Shown in pieces: positions 38,058 to 51,087 of a stretch of DNA of 64,000 nt. The DNA is from Takakia lepidozioides (lineage: Eukaryota; Plantae; Bryophyta). Below the pieces are notes generated by a model that worked only from the letters and a program-made list of their open reading frames with translations, was not told where the DNA came from and did not search any database. Made by a program: the position numbers and the translations under genes. Position 1 is the stretch's first letter; every line of letters starts with the position of its first letter. Location: assembly GCA_030704615.1 (NCBI GenBank), contig CM060734.1, forward strand, positions 51,832,001 through 51,896,000, given 5' to 3'.

Positions 38058-38598
38058 AATGCATGGATGATAAAATGGATGGAGATCAGTTATATTCAGA
38101 TTTTTAGGCTTCAATGTAAACCATTCATTCATTGAACTAGGCATCCAATATGTAGGGCTCTGTTTTCTTTTTCTTTTTCTTTTTTTCTGTTTCTGTTTTC
38201 TCTTTAGGTGATTTCAATTTTAAGACATCCGAGCTTCTTTTTTGTTTTTTTGGAAAACTGGACAACCATTTCGAGTACGAATGAGTGACTTAGTCTGAAC
38301 CACTGATTGAATTGAATCTCTTGTAGCCTAAGCTTGTTTACAACTGATCTGTGACCTAATTTCAATTTCTTCAACATCAAGTTTTACTAATGATGACGGG
38401 ATAGATAATAATTAGGCTTTCTTGAAATCCAATATTCACTGAATGTGTGGACATTTTTCTTTTTCTTTTTTTAAGGAAAAAAAAAAATCTGTAGATATTT
38501 TTCTTTTTCAAGAAAAGAAAAATCTGTGGACACTACTATAGTGCACAAACATCAGCTATGTTTATCAGTATGATATTTCAGGCCTTGCCCTTCAGTCA

Positions 38599-38608
38599 CT
38601 ATATAAAC
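38599..38608 (+). promoter_or_regulatory. TATA box of the repeat-protein gene
   Basis: CTATATAAAC about 120 bp upstream of the ATG at 38721. Confidence 0.5.
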
Positions 38609-38720
38609 TAAGTCTTTGGAGCGGCTTACCAACAATTTGTGTGTGCGTCTACGTGATCTTGCTATAGATTTGGGAAGGGAGGAAGAGGTTTAGGTCCAGC
38701 TAAAGGATTGTTTGCTTGCA

Positions 38721-39803
38721 ATGAAGACTGTGCAACGAATTTGTATGGTGCTTTCCCTCTTGTTTCTGATTTTCTTAGTAGGGAGTGTGCAAGCTGCAGG
38801 AGAAGCTGTGGCATGGGCAAGTGGGTATGGTAATCTGAAGTACTTCAACGCTAAACACCCATTCTTGTACCATCCTCCTCCGTTTGGAAGTTTTGGACAT
38901 TTCGGAGGTTATCCCGGTTTGTTTCCCGGCATCAGCAGTCCAGGATTTCCCAGTGGTGGTTTTCCATCATATCCTAGTGGTGGCTTTCCATCATATCCCA
39001 GTGGCGGCTTTCCATCAAATCCTAGTGGCGGTTTTCCAGGATATCCCAATGGTGGCTTTCCATCATATCCCAGTGGTGACGTTCCAGGATTTCTCGGTGT
39101 GCCTCCTCTAGAAGCTGTGGCATCGGCAAGTGGGTATGGTAATCTGAAGTACTTTGACGCTAAACACCCATTCCTATACCATCCTCCTCCGTTTGGAAGT
39201 TTTGGACATTTCGGAGGTTATCCCGGTTTGTTTCCCGGCAGCAGCGGTCCAGAATTTCCAAGTGGTGGCTTTCCATCATATCCCAATGGCGGCTTTCCAT
39301 CATATCCCAGTAGCGGCTTTCCAGGATATCCCAGTGGCGGCTTTCCATCATATCCCAGTGGTGGCGTTCCAGGATATCCCAGTGGCGGCGTTCCAGGATA
39401 TCCCGGTGGCGGCTTTCCATCATATCCTAGTGGTGGCGTTCTAGGATTTCCCAGTGTGTCTCCTCTAGAAACTGTGGCATCGGCAAGTGGGTATGGTAAT
39501 CTGAAGTACTCCGACGCTAAACACCCATTCCTGGACCATCCTCCTCCGTCTGGAAGTTTTGGACATTTCGAAGGTTATCCCGGTTTGTTTCCCGGCGGCA
39601 GCAGTCCAGGATTTCCCAGTGGTGGCTTTCCAGGATATCCCAGTAATGGCTTTCCATCATATCCCAGTGGTGGCTTTTCATCATATCCCAGTGGCGGCTT
39701 TTCATCATATCCCAGTGGCGGCTTTCCATCATATCCCAGTGGTGGCTTTCCAGGGTATCCTAGTGGTGGCATTCTAGGATTTCCTGGTGTGCGTCTTCCA
39801 TGA
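38721..39803 (+). CDS. Secreted Gly/Pro/Ser/Phe/Tyr-rich protein with nested repeats (360 aa, single exon)
   Basis: Signal peptide MKTVQRICMVLSLLFLIFLVGSVQA. Three macro-repeats (heads near 38802, 39111, 39468), each ASGYGNLKYFxAKHPFLYHPPPFGSFGHFGGYPGLFPG followed by tandem 8-aa GGFPSYPS-like units. Confidence 0.85.
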   Translation: MKTVQRICMVLSLLFLIFLVGSVQAAGEAVAWASGYGNLKYFNAKHPFLYHPPPFGSFGHFGGYPGLFPGISSPGFPSGGFPSYPSGGFPSYPSGGFPSNPSGGFPGYPNGGFPSYPSGDVPGFLGVPPLEAVASASGYGNLKYFDAKHPFLYHPPPFGSFGHFGGYPGLFPGSSGPEFPSGGFPSYPNGGFPSYPSSGFPGYPSGGFPSYPSGGVPGYPSGGVPGYPGGGFPSYPSGGVLGFPSVSPLETVASASGYGNLKYSDAKHPFLDHPPPSGSFGHFEGYPGLFPGGSSPGFPSGGFPGYPSNGFPSYPSGGFSSYPSGGFSSYPSGGFPSYPSGGFPGYPSGGILGFPGVRLP

Positions 39804-40898
39804 GCTGTGACATGTGCAAGTACTGATTATGATAATGAGGTTTATTGCGTTACTAAATATCCATAGTACCATTCTCCTCAGTTAGAAACTATGGCATGGG
39901 CAAGTGGTCATGGTTATCCATGATTTCCAGTAGAAGGACTAGGATGGATTGCATATCAGACCCTTCAAGCCTGCAAGATTGCCTAGTCACAGAAGTGTAG
40001 CTAGCTGAAACATTGAAAGTTTTTTTTGTCTTGTCTGTTAGCCATTTCATTTGAATCAAATCAAGAATTATCATGGACTGAGTTTTCTTTCCCCACAGTC
40101 ACTGTTGTATGATTGTTGACAATGGTCACTGGTTTGGATCACTTGTTTAACTAAACTTCTACTTAAAAGTGCATAGTATTCAGACGTGCAGAGGGTGAAG
40201 CGTGATTGAATAGTGACTTTGCCCACAAAGTTATTTTGCATAGAAGGCCCTGGGTCAGTAGCTTGACTCTGGTGGGAAGGCAGGGCCACTGGAACTTTAT
40301 CTTCACCCTTTTCCAACACACATTGTTCAGTAACCTGTGCAGTAGAGGATGGGGCCATCCTACTTTTCAACAGAAATGTATGGCATGTATGGCATGATCC
40401 TGCAAAGAGGTCGATTTTTTTTTTAATTTTTTAAAATTTTAAGTGAACAGGGACAGTGGCCCTGGAAAAGCGACTTTGCTATTCTCATCAAATTTATTTG
40501 AGCCAAAAAAGAAATAAGAGGCCTTCATGGCCTTTGACAGTGGTTATTATTTCCACTAATGTACCACCTTTTATTATAATTTGATTAAAAGGGCCTCCGT
40601 CCCCTTTCTCAAGGAAAAAAAAAAAAAAACGAGGAAGGAACAAAGAACCTTGGAAGGTTATAGAGACAAATATAAAGGTGTATGTAGCAGGATTTGAACC
40701 CAAAATCACTTGAGTCTTCTTCAGCCCCGTTCATCCCCGTCTAGAGAGAGACCAACCAACTGAAGAAGAAATGAGTATGTGATGCAATCAGAGCATGCAG
40801 GCAGTGAGTTGTTGCTCTTGAGCTTGCGATTGTTGGGAGGCCACGCAAATTCCTCCTCTCTTGCTCACACTTGATTCCTTTCCGCGGGGAAGACGAGC

Positions 40899-43800
40899 AT
40901 GGGCATTAAGGTGAACCATTAATCCCAGGTTTCCACTTTGCATTTGTCCGATTCGATTACTCTTGTACTGAAGGGATTGTGGTGGTAGCTGCACTGGAGG
41001 GATTAATCACTGGTTTAGACTTGGAGAGATCAGGCATGGTAGTGGTTGTTATTGCTCACCAGGATTATTTTGGGGGCTTAGTATGCAGGGCCTGACACTC
41101 TTTGCAACCTGTTCAACATATGAGGAGATCATGCGTGTGTGTGACTGTGTTCTAGGGCTTGACCAAACTGCTGGCGGACAATGCACCGACAGCAATGAAG
41201 GAGCAGAAATTTGAGAGCTACTTTGGTCGCCGAATTGCTATAGATGCGAGCATGAGCATTTATCAGTTTCTGGTGAGAGAGCTCATGTGGCCAGTACCCC
41301 TCTGGGTTGGTGCGCTAGATGGATAATGAGTACTCTGCTTGCCGGTTCCATGGTACCGGTTATGGGATTCATCCATTTTATATTTTTACTTTCTCGGTAG
41401 GGGTCTAGGGTTTAGGGTTTACGAAGATGGAGACAGCCCTTTACTATGACGAAGAGAAGTTTCCTTGAGGGGAAGGGATTGGATGGGTGTTGCGCTGCGG
41501 CAATTTGGCCGTAAAGATTGTGATTGTAAGCAGCAAAGGGTAGGAGACAGGAAAGTGGGGAGGGGAGGGGGAACTCTGTGGGCAGCCACGGTCAGCTCCG
41601 GGACTGTGTCCTCAAGGGTACATCCCAACCAACATCGCCAGGAAACCACCAATGAGTGTCACTCTCTTTTCTGTCTGCTCCGCTGAAGGTAGGTCCCATT
41701 AAAGGAGCGAGCCTTGCATGATGGTGTTGTGAAACTCAGCCAGAAATCGCCATGCCAATCAATCACAGCCAATGGCAATCAGCTAGTGTTCAATGAAAGC
41801 TACAGCTTTTGGCATTGTCTCAAGTTGAGAGGCAGAAGAAAGGAATGAAATAGTGGAAATTTGTAGGTCCACATGAACCCTAGAGAGGTTAGGGACAACC
41901 ACCACCACTTGTACATAAAGAGCTGCAGGCCAGTGCTTCTCCCATCCTGCCCTCGGGCGGAACAAGAGGGAGAGGGAGAGAGAGAGAGATGCTCTCAAAC
42001 CATATCCCATAGGGAGTAGTCCCTGCAGGAATCAATAGTGGAGTCTCTACCCAGCAGGGTATTTAAGACTCATTGCCAAATTGCCACACTGCTTGCAGAC
42101 AGCTAACGACATTCCGGTTACTGGAAGGGTGTGACTGTAGTTGTGCTGCTTCTGTCAATTGACATGACATCTGGCTGTGCTGCAGATAGTTGTGGGGCGC
42201 ACAGGAAGTGAGATGTTGACTAATGAGGCAGGAGAGGTGACCAGGTGACTGGATCTCCATTTGCTTTCAAGTAGGCTGTCAACTGCTTCTATGCTTCAAA
42301 CAGCTTTATTTATCCATGGTGGTTCATTACTTGTTTAGGTTCCTTTCAGCAGAGGTCAACTGTAGCTGCCCGAATTTTAATCAGTTGGCAAGGTGCTAAG
42401 TCATCTGTTTGATTCAGCCATTTGCAGGGCATGTTCAACAGAACAATTCGGGTGCTAGAAGCTGGCATAAAACCCGTGTAAGTACTGTCCTGTGAACAGT
42501 TGCGTTGTCTTGTCCTATTTGTTTCACAGGTGTCACTTTCTTTTTCTTCTGAATGATATCCTCTGTTCAATTCTCTCTTCCAATCTCTATGTGCTATATT
42601 GTGCTCGCTCTTTCCTTTGTAATTTTGATTTTTGTTTGAACCTGATGATCCCTAGTGTCATACCTCTTTCAGCTTGCAACTACTTAGGAAGTAGCAGAAC
42701 ACTGCAGTGGCTTGGACATGTATGGTCTTCGTATTTCCCGAAGTTTGTGAGAGCAGGAGGATAGAATCTGATTAAACAGTTCATGGTGACTTTGTTTGGT
42801 GGCTGCAGATATGTCTTTGATGGCCAGCCTCCAGACCTGAAGAAAGGAGAGCTTGCTAAACGGTGATCACCCTGACACTTAAGCTGTGGGATACCACTGA
42901 AGGTTGGGGGGTGGTGTAGAACTGTCCTGCCTTATTGTACCCTTTCCTTGCACGGTTGATCAACGTACTGTTGGAGGTGTCAAGGCTATAGCCCTTGCAC
43001 GACACTGAGAACAGAACGGGACGGGTAGCTCAGTGGTAGAGCACCCCACCGGAATGGGGGAGGTCCTAGGTTCAATCCCTAGCCCGACCACACGCCAGTG
43101 GTTTTCCAACATGGTCTTAGAGCCAAGGTTGGGGCGGTGGTCAGAATGGAATGGGGGAGGTCCTAGGTTCAATCCCTAGCCCGACCACACGCCAGTGGTT
43201 TTCCAACACGTACAGCTGGCTTCTTCCTTTCCTTTACAGAGGAACAGATGTCGTTTACCTGGAAATGGGTGAGGTCATCACACCCCCATACAGTTCCACC
43301 ATCATCTTCCTGAGGAAGTTTCAATAGTTTATTTTTGTGTAATCCTCACGTGTATACTACTCACCTCGTGTTGTCATGAATGGTTTGCAGGCTTTGTTTT
43401 TCTGTAGGATAGAGTTGTCTGAACAGTAGGAATGGCAGTGCGTGTCTGGACTGGTATTTCTGACTGGGAGCCTGTCATTCGTTTTCCTAGTGCCAGCCAG
43501 GTTGGTATTGATTTTGTATTAGGGATTAATCCATTGTGTACGATCTTTCAGGTATGCAAAGCGAGAGGATGCTACAGAAGATCTTGCTACAGCTAAAGAG
43601 GTGATTTCTTAAGTCTTGGTTGGAGGTGTGCATCTGCAGATATGGGGGTGCAAAGGGTGGATGGCTGTGATATGCTATCACAAAAACTGATCAAACTGTT
43701 AATTTAGTTGGCTTCTGGCCTCTTGCAGGATGGAGACAAGGCAGACATTGAAAGATATAGTAAAAGGACTGTAAAGGTATGCTTGAGACTGCATCTGTTG

Positions 43801-46628
43801 CCTGGCAGTCAGGGTAAAAAGTGTGTTGAGTGTTGAGTTCTGTTGTGTTGTGTGCAATCATAGAGCTCAGATGATAGTACCCTATCATAAAAAGAAGGAT
43901 GGTTGCAGGTAACAAGGCAGCATAATGAGGATTGTCGCAAGCTGCTGCGACTGATGGGTGTGCCTGTTGTGGAGGTGTGCGATGCCAACTGCCCCGCAGA
44001 AGTGTCCATTTTCATATCAGTGGCACTCCAGACTTGGTTGATTCCTAGTTTTATGATTAAGCTACAATGTGAGACTACTGTGAATCCTTGAACTGTCTGA
44101 TAGATTGGATGATGGGTGTTTCAACAGGCCCCTTCTGAAGCAGAAGCTGAGTGCGCTGCACTGTGCAAGTCGGGCAAGGTGGTGTCTCCAGTATATCTTT
44201 TGTTTTTCCAAATTACGAAACATGCTGTTAGGTTCTGCTACTAGGGGTTTTGAAGGGTGTGGTCAGCAGAAGCAGCAATGTGAATGGTTCCTCTTTGTCG
44301 TGCAGGTGTATGCAGTGGCATCAGAGGACATGGACTCACTTACATTTGGAGCTACCGTATTCTTACGGCACCTGATGGAACCAACATCCCGTAAAATTCC
44401 TGTGATGGAGTTTGAGATTGATAAGGTACGTTTTACCTCTGCAATACACCTTAGCAATATGACCCTGCGACAGGTGTTCAGCAAAGGGACCACATGTCCT
44501 TACAACTGTGTGGGATGTCGGGGTGATCAGGTGTTGGAAGCTCTAAGCCTCACCATGGATCAATTCATTGATCTGTGCATTCTGTGTGGCTGTGACTATT
44601 GTGACACCATTCGAGGTGATTTCTGTCTATCACCATCTTCATAATCTTTCTGTGCCTAGGGGGTGACTACGTCTGTGCAGTACTCACTTGGCAGCTCTCA
44701 TCACTAGTGGTGTCTGTATCTCAGCAACCCCCACCTCTCATCTTTATTGTTGCCTGTTGTGGCCCTGTTCTAAATGGATTACTAGTAGCAGGTGACTTCT
44801 GGTGTATTGTAACTTTTTTGACGTGTATTGCTTATCCAGCCTTATTGTCTTAGGAAGGATCCTACGGAAGTTACATTGCAAGCCCTCTCAAGTACAGGCG
44901 AGAGCAGCAACCAATTGGCAGAGCTCATCTATCGCTACTCTTCCTCTGCATCCCTGCTTTTCCCTTTGTTTGCCCCATCCCAGAGATAACCCATAGCCAG
45001 GGATTGCTGCTTATCCCTGGCTGCAAATTGAGAAGAGTGGAGAGATGGGGATTCCATTGGGTGCAAGGGCCAATCTGATCACCAAGAAATTCAAGCAGAT
45101 AGAAGCCTTGCTTGCATATGTGGGTCTGCATTTAGTGTGGGAAAGTAAGAGAAGAGCTCTGACTCATTTCCTATCGCCTGAGTTTCAGAGAACGATTTCC
45201 ACTACACCCAGAGGCATTTTGTTGAAGTATTTTGTTGAATGTAAACAGAAAGAGCTGTTTCTCACTCACAAATCTCTCACAACTGTTAGTTGTGGCAGGT
45301 ATTGGACCACAAACTGCACTCAAGTTGATTCGCTTGCATGGCTCTCTGGAGGTTGTCTTGGATAATCTAAACAAAGACAGGTATGCTTGAGTTCGTGGTC
45401 CTGCTTTGGACCTTTTTCGACTTTCCAGCCCATTATGAAAAATCAAGCATAAACGCGCTGTAGCTTCTTGGAGAAACAGAAAAATTATGGTTATTGTGCA
45501 GTGCAGTGTAGTGCTTTGTTAGTATTCTGCTGTAGTGACATGTTTGATGAAGCGTTCAGCCAAGCAGGTGATACTGATAATGGGGGGGGGGGAGTTGGGG
45601 CAGATACCAGATACCTGATCCATGGCCATATCAAGAGGCACGACACCTGTTCAAGGAACCTGTGGTGATACCTACCGAGGAGTTGCCTGAGCTCAAGTGG
45701 ACAGCACCTGATGAGGAGGTTGTTCCTCCTTTTAGTGCCGCATGCTTACCCCTCTCCATGTCAAGCATGCCACTCTATCTGCAGTTATTCGGGTTATGTG
45801 TGACATTGCAGGCTCCACTGACAGGGATTTTCTTATTCTCCTTGATCTTATGTAGGGATTGCGGACTTTTTTGGTTGAGGAGAATGGATTCAACCATGAT
45901 CGCATTATGAAGGTGGGTCGTTCTTGGTCAGCCTGGCTGCATACTTTCTCTGCATCAGCCGAAGATGGTCGACACTGACTGTTGTGCACTATGTGCAGGC
46001 AATTGAGAAGATAAAGACTGCCAAGAACAAGTCTTCTCAGGGAAGGTATGGTACTTGATGTTTTTTGCATTTGTGGTAGGCTGCCATCTATTTCATGAGC
46101 ACCCAGCCGCTGCAGTTGTGGGTAATGGTAATGCAGATATTGCTGGTACTCACACATGGGGTTTTCTCCACTGGTCATTCACCCTTTGTGCCATATATTC
46201 CTTTGATAAAAAGGGTTCTGCACCCTGCCCACTACTCCAGCGTGCCAGCAAGTACAGGTATTTCAACTCTTATTATGTAAATAGCGTATTTGGTGACAAT
46301 GGTCAAGTGCCAGAGGAACAGTATAGTGATGTGAGGGAATGCTAAAAAAGTTGATGGGATTTGCTTGGGTTGGTGCGTGTCAAGGCTAGAGTCCTTCTTC
46401 GCACCCAGTGGAGTGAAATCTGGAGCGCCCAAGAGGAAGGTGTGTACCTTGTCTAGCGCTTGTTGTATCTTTTGACTCGCTTCTTACAACCAGTGTGTAG
46501 AAGAAGTGGTGGCATGGATAGTTTTGATCATTTGGGGCTGACTGCCATTGCAGGTCCCTCCTGATGCCAAGCCAGTTAAACCTACTCCCAAAAAAGGCAA
46601 TACTGCCACAAAGACAAACAAGAAGTGA
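40899..46628 (+). CDS. FEN1: Flap endonuclease 1, 17 coding exons
   Basis: MGIK|[24 protein letters not shown]|IVVGR..NEAGEVTS|HLQGMF..|YVFDG..|[10 protein letters not shown]..|[10 protein letters not shown]..|LCILCGCDY..|[11 protein letters not shown]; PIP box QGR|LESFF; GT-AG junctions; TGA at 46626-46628. Confidence 0.96.
42969..43208 (+). mobile_element. TRIM with tRNA-like LTR, internally deleted copy in FEN1 intron 5
   Basis: 5' LTR 42969-43111 (TGTTGG...CCAACA); PBS TGGTCTTAGAGC; truncated 3' LTR ending at 43208; TSD CGTAC (42964-42968 and 43209-43213). Confidence 0.9.
43019..43090 (+). ncRNA. tRNA-like cloverleaf / Pol III A and B boxes inside a TRIM LTR (pseudo-tRNA)
   Basis: GGACGGG TA GCTC AGTGGTA GAGC A CCCCA CCGGAAT GGGGG AGGTC CTAGG TTCAATC CCTAG CCCGACC A. 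Confidence 0.75.
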
Positions 46629-48413
46629 GTGATCCTTTTTGGTCCACCCAGCCAAGCTTCCAGTGGGGATGGAGCTGCCCAAAGAAGTGAATTAAGCAGC
46701 ATGAGAAAGGTACCTCAACTTTGGTCTTGTTGAATATGAGTGGAAGAGTGGGTTCAACTTCCAGGTTTGAAGTCTTAGCCTGGAGTTCAAGCTCAATTGC
46801 GAGTACAGACGAGGGCAGCAAGTTTTTCAGTGCACTTTGCAAGGAAGTTTCTTCTGTAAGTAAATCATAGCTGCTTGCAACTGTACACATGGCTGTGGCA
46901 AACTGCTTGCACGGCATGTTATGCTGTGTCAGAAGATGGTGGACTGAAGGTATTTTAACCTCTTGCAGTTGGCAGCTAACCAGGGGTTCCATTTATTGAT
47001 GTCTTATAGACAACAACTGTCATGTCAGCACTTGTTTGCTCCAGCTGTACAGTTGATGTATATTTGCAAGATCACTGTGTACCCATCAATCTGGAGAAAT
47101 TGTCCGAGAGGGAAGAATAGTCTGTTTACAAATATTTGGAGTCTGGTCTAGATTTTTTTGTAACAGGTACATTCGAACATTCAATTGACCTCACCAACAT
47201 GTTGATCAATAAATAAGCCCCCCAAGTTTGCGTCCGGCTTGTATCCTGCTTTCGTCAGACCTGTTATAAGCTGGAGGGTGGATAGTGGGGGTATCCGATA
47301 AGCACAGCTTGAGTAGGGAAAAAAACCAGCGCAAGCAGTATAGGGGTAATATGTTAGCAAGCGAAAATACAAATCATAGGCGGACACAGGGTATTATTAA
47401 ATTAAAACACGTTAAAACACAAATATACACAAATATAGAGAAGAAGGAATGACGGTATCTGAGGAATAAGCATAGGCTAACTATGTGCCACCACCGGTGG
47501 CAAGACAAGATAGAGGATGCAAGCGTTATACGGAAAGAAATACAAAGAAATGCAAGTGAAGGACAGCTCTACACTGTGTGAAGAGATTTTTCTAAGATTC
47601 CAGCCCCACAGGTCCTCTCTGGCCATACCCTCCTCACACAGCAAAACTTGTCAACTCAAGTCTTACTTGAGAAATTTTTGTTCTGAATCCAGTTGACCAT
47701 TTATTGTTCCAAAAGATCATGACACAAAGGGCTTCCGTCCCCTTGAAAGAAGACGCTCTTCCTTGTTGATATCTGTCAGAAGTAGCATGCAAACTAATGT
47801 GACATGCCTCTACACCCTCCTGAATTGGAAACGTCCATATGGAACCATTTCAACAAGCGTCCCTCATGTCTTTGATCTACGACCTGCACCTTTTTTTAAC
47901 TCAAGATCCATCGGGGAGATGGGGCAGAGAGCGTACCACCATCACGAGAGAGACACTGGGGGAGGCAACATCTCAACGATCAGAGAGGCAACCATGGGGC
48001 CAGTGGAGGCGCCAACGCTCCATGGCAAGGAAGAGATCTGAAGGCTCTAACAAAGAAGGAAAAACAGAGGAGCTGCAGAGTAGCTGCAAAGTTCAGGCCT
48101 CGCTGCCTTTTCTTGGGTGCTGGCGTGCTGACCTGCCTCGTCATCTCATTCCCCTTGCTCTATCCCTTCAAACAATATGCTCTCCCTTGTCAACCATGCA
48201 AAATAATGTGACTGTATGTACCTTGATATGGAGTAGAAACGGTAATATGGAACAATTTGAACACGCGGGCAGTGGGTCCTTTCTGGGACAGACATTTACT
48301 GTGTGTATTAATTACAGGGCTGTGCTGCACTGTTCCATTGCAGTTGCTCTGGCCTTCAAGAGCCATATATGGAAATCTTGAAAGGTGTGGTAAGCTACGA
48401 TATTAGCCTCTTA

Positions 48414-49165
48414 CTAACATCTAGTACACGTGTCGCAAGATTTTATAAATTCTTTCACGAGTTTCCACATCTGCGGCCACCAATAGTCCTTGGATATCAA
48501 TTCCATTGTTTTGTTGAAGCCGAAATGTCCTACAGCCGGAAGATCATGACATGTTTGAAGAATTCGAAGTCGTGTAGGTCCTGGAGGTACATAGAGAAGT
48601 CCCTTGAAATAAAATAAGTCATCTTTGAATTCAAAGTCTTTTGTAACATGTGGGTTGTCTTGAGGTCGATTTAGTTGACTTCGTAGTGTCGTGGCAAATT
48701 GGCCGCTCTTCAGTGCTTCTTGAATCTCTTTTATGATCTCTACATCGTCATAGGTGGACATGGATAGCATATTCACTTGGAGATTTGTTGGTTTCAAGAT
48801 GATGGATTTCTATTGGTCAAAAGCTGCATCCCCTTCTTTTGGCGCAAGATACGATCGTCGAGAAAGAGCATCTGGTTTTCCTTGAAGATGTCCGGGACGG
48901 TAGGTAATAACAAAATCAAACTTTGCTAGTGATATACTCCATCTCGCTTGACGCCGATTCAAAACACGGGCACTCATAAAATACTCGAGGTTTTTGTGAT
49001 CGGTATAGACTGTGACATGATGTTTAGCTCCCTCCAATAGATGCCACTCCTCAAAAACATCGATCATCGCTAGAAGTTCTTTACCCATTCCCAAGGGTCC
49101 ATGGTCATTCGTGTCTATGGACTTTATTACGGACCTTCCAATTTCCAAGACCATCGAGTTGATCA
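48414..49165 (-). mobile_element. Ty3/gypsy chromovirus-like RNase H/integrase fragments, rearranged
   Basis: [31 protein letters not shown]; CHDLPAVGHFG..YWWP..CDTC. The adjacent integrase segment [20 protein letters not shown] is on the plus strand at about 49081-49140. Confidence 0.85.
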
Positions 49166-50169
49166 ATTGTGCATCTCACTTACGAACCATCTACTACCAT
49201 AACTGTGTGATGCTGAAGCAAGTGCCGCGCTAGTATATGCAGAAAGAGATCAGATGTGTATGCCCGAAGGCTCCACAAACCACTGGAGCTCGCAACAACT
49301 GTCTCCATCCGAGTCTCAGGGAGATTACATGTCTGTAGACAGTGTACCCATACTGTTTACTGTATTTTACCCAGCTGGGAGTTGGAGACAGCTACTCCAT
49401 TGCGACTGCATATATCAACACGAGGTAATCTCATGCTCCTTTCCAAGCTCAGATTCCTCATTGATGATTTACTCGATCTGTCAATAGTGCTACTGAGATT
49501 TCATGCATCAAATTGCGTGCCCGAATCCCGGAGTGGGAGCTTGCATGTGGATTTCTCGGATTGAAGGACAAGGACATGATGTCCGTATCAATTGGAAGCA
49601 CAATACTAGGATGAACCGCAACTGCAAAGTAAAGGCTCATCTTAATTTTGAACCTCTAAAGGCGCGTAATGCAGGGAGTACTGCTCAGTTGGCCCCTTTG
49701 CTGTTACGAACTCCTCCTTTCCTTCTCTCTCTCTCTATGTATGTGTGGCTTGTGCTTGTGGAAGCTTATTTTTTCCTTGCTTCTCAAATTTGATCATTGA
49801 TCAGAGGCTGTCCCAGGCTTTAAATATACAACACAAATGAGATATATATATATAATCAGGTCTTGTTAGTTGTGTCTAAATGGACGGTTTTGGGCATCCA
49901 TCATTTGAAGCATATTGGACATAATTAAGATTATATCCAACTTAATAAGCTTTGGGTTTCCTGCTTCTTTGTCTCTCTTACAGCGTGGTGGGGATGGCAG
50001 CGTCCTCTGCTGCTCTCCTGAGCGCGGAACTCTATACACAAAGCCCGGTCTTCCCCTTTCGACCATGCAAGTGGCACCACATCATGCAGCAGCAGGCTAA
50101 GCGTTTGGACTGTGGAACGGAATGCGGCATCTCCCTTGGCAAGGCGCCAAGCTGGACTGAGTCACTTGC

Positions 50170-50820
50170 AAGTGGTGGCTATGGCATCACCCAAGGTTCC
50201 CAGCATGGTTGTCATATATAGGGATACCCTGCAGGAATGCAAAAGAAAGGCTTGAAGCCGGACAGTATCATCTTTACGTCTGTTCTATTTGCATGTAGCC
50301 ATGTTGGCCTAGTGGATGAAGGAAAACACTACTTCGAATCCCTGAGCAAAGATCATGGCCTCATTCCTACAGTCGAGCACTTTGGCTGCATAATGGACCT
50401 TCTTGGCCGAGCAGGGCGATTGCATGAGGCAGATGACTTCATTAACAAAATGCCAATTAAACCGAATGCTGTGGTGTGGAAACTTATGTGTTGCTATCAG
50501 ACATCTATGCAGCAGCTGGCAAGTGGGATGATACTGTAACAGTGAGAAAGATGATGAAGGTCAGTGGTGTTTGAAAGGAGCCAGGTCGATCCTGCATTGA
50601 GGTTGGCAAGGGGGGGGCCTGTCTGTTCATTGTAGATGACAAATTGCATCCACAAATTTTAGAAATCCATGCGGAGCTGCGAAGATTGTCTGGGCAGATG
50701 CATGAGGCAGGGTATGTGCCTGATGTGGAGGAGCACAAGGAAATTTCGCTTTGCTACCACAGTGAGAAGCCGGCCATCGCTTTTGGGTTGATCAGCACGG
50801 GCCCTGGGACACCTCAGGGG
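50170..50820 (+). pseudogene. PLS-class PPR E/DYW RNA-editing-factor pseudogene fragment
   Basis: [83 protein letters not shown]; deletions, a stop, and no CxxC/DYW end. Confidence 0.88.
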
Positions 50821-51087
50821 CTTAAATTGCCTGCATAATTGGGCAGTTTTTTCATCGCATGATGTGAGAGTCTTGGGAATTGTATGAAGAGAAACTGCAT
50901 AGCTTTATAAAAAGACCCAAGTAGGGTGATTGTACAAATGGGTGTAACTGTCCCCAAGAGGAAAAAACCAAAGCTCGTAGAGCTAGATATAGTAAGAAAG
51001 AAATCAAACTATTCTAGTATCACCTACAGCTTGAAGGTCAGACAACAGGAAAGAGGGTGGATCAGAGAGTGCGGGGAGGCGATATGA

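Noticed and set aside
39154-39777. Alternative-frame and antisense repeat ORFs (e.g. VVAFHHIP, WDMMESRH)
   Set aside because: Shadows of the 24-bp repeat in the secreted-protein CDS.
41401-41420. Telomere-like TAGGGTTTAGGGTTT
   Set aside because: Only about two units in an intron; at most a telo-box.
43019-43090. Functional tRNA genes at 43019, 63090 and 63300
   Set aside because: All lie inside LTRs of TSD-flanked elements; the acceptor stem has a mismatch and the anticodon loop is non-canonical and varies between copies.
47250-48420. Solo LTR
   Set aside because: Could not define matching termini or a TSD.
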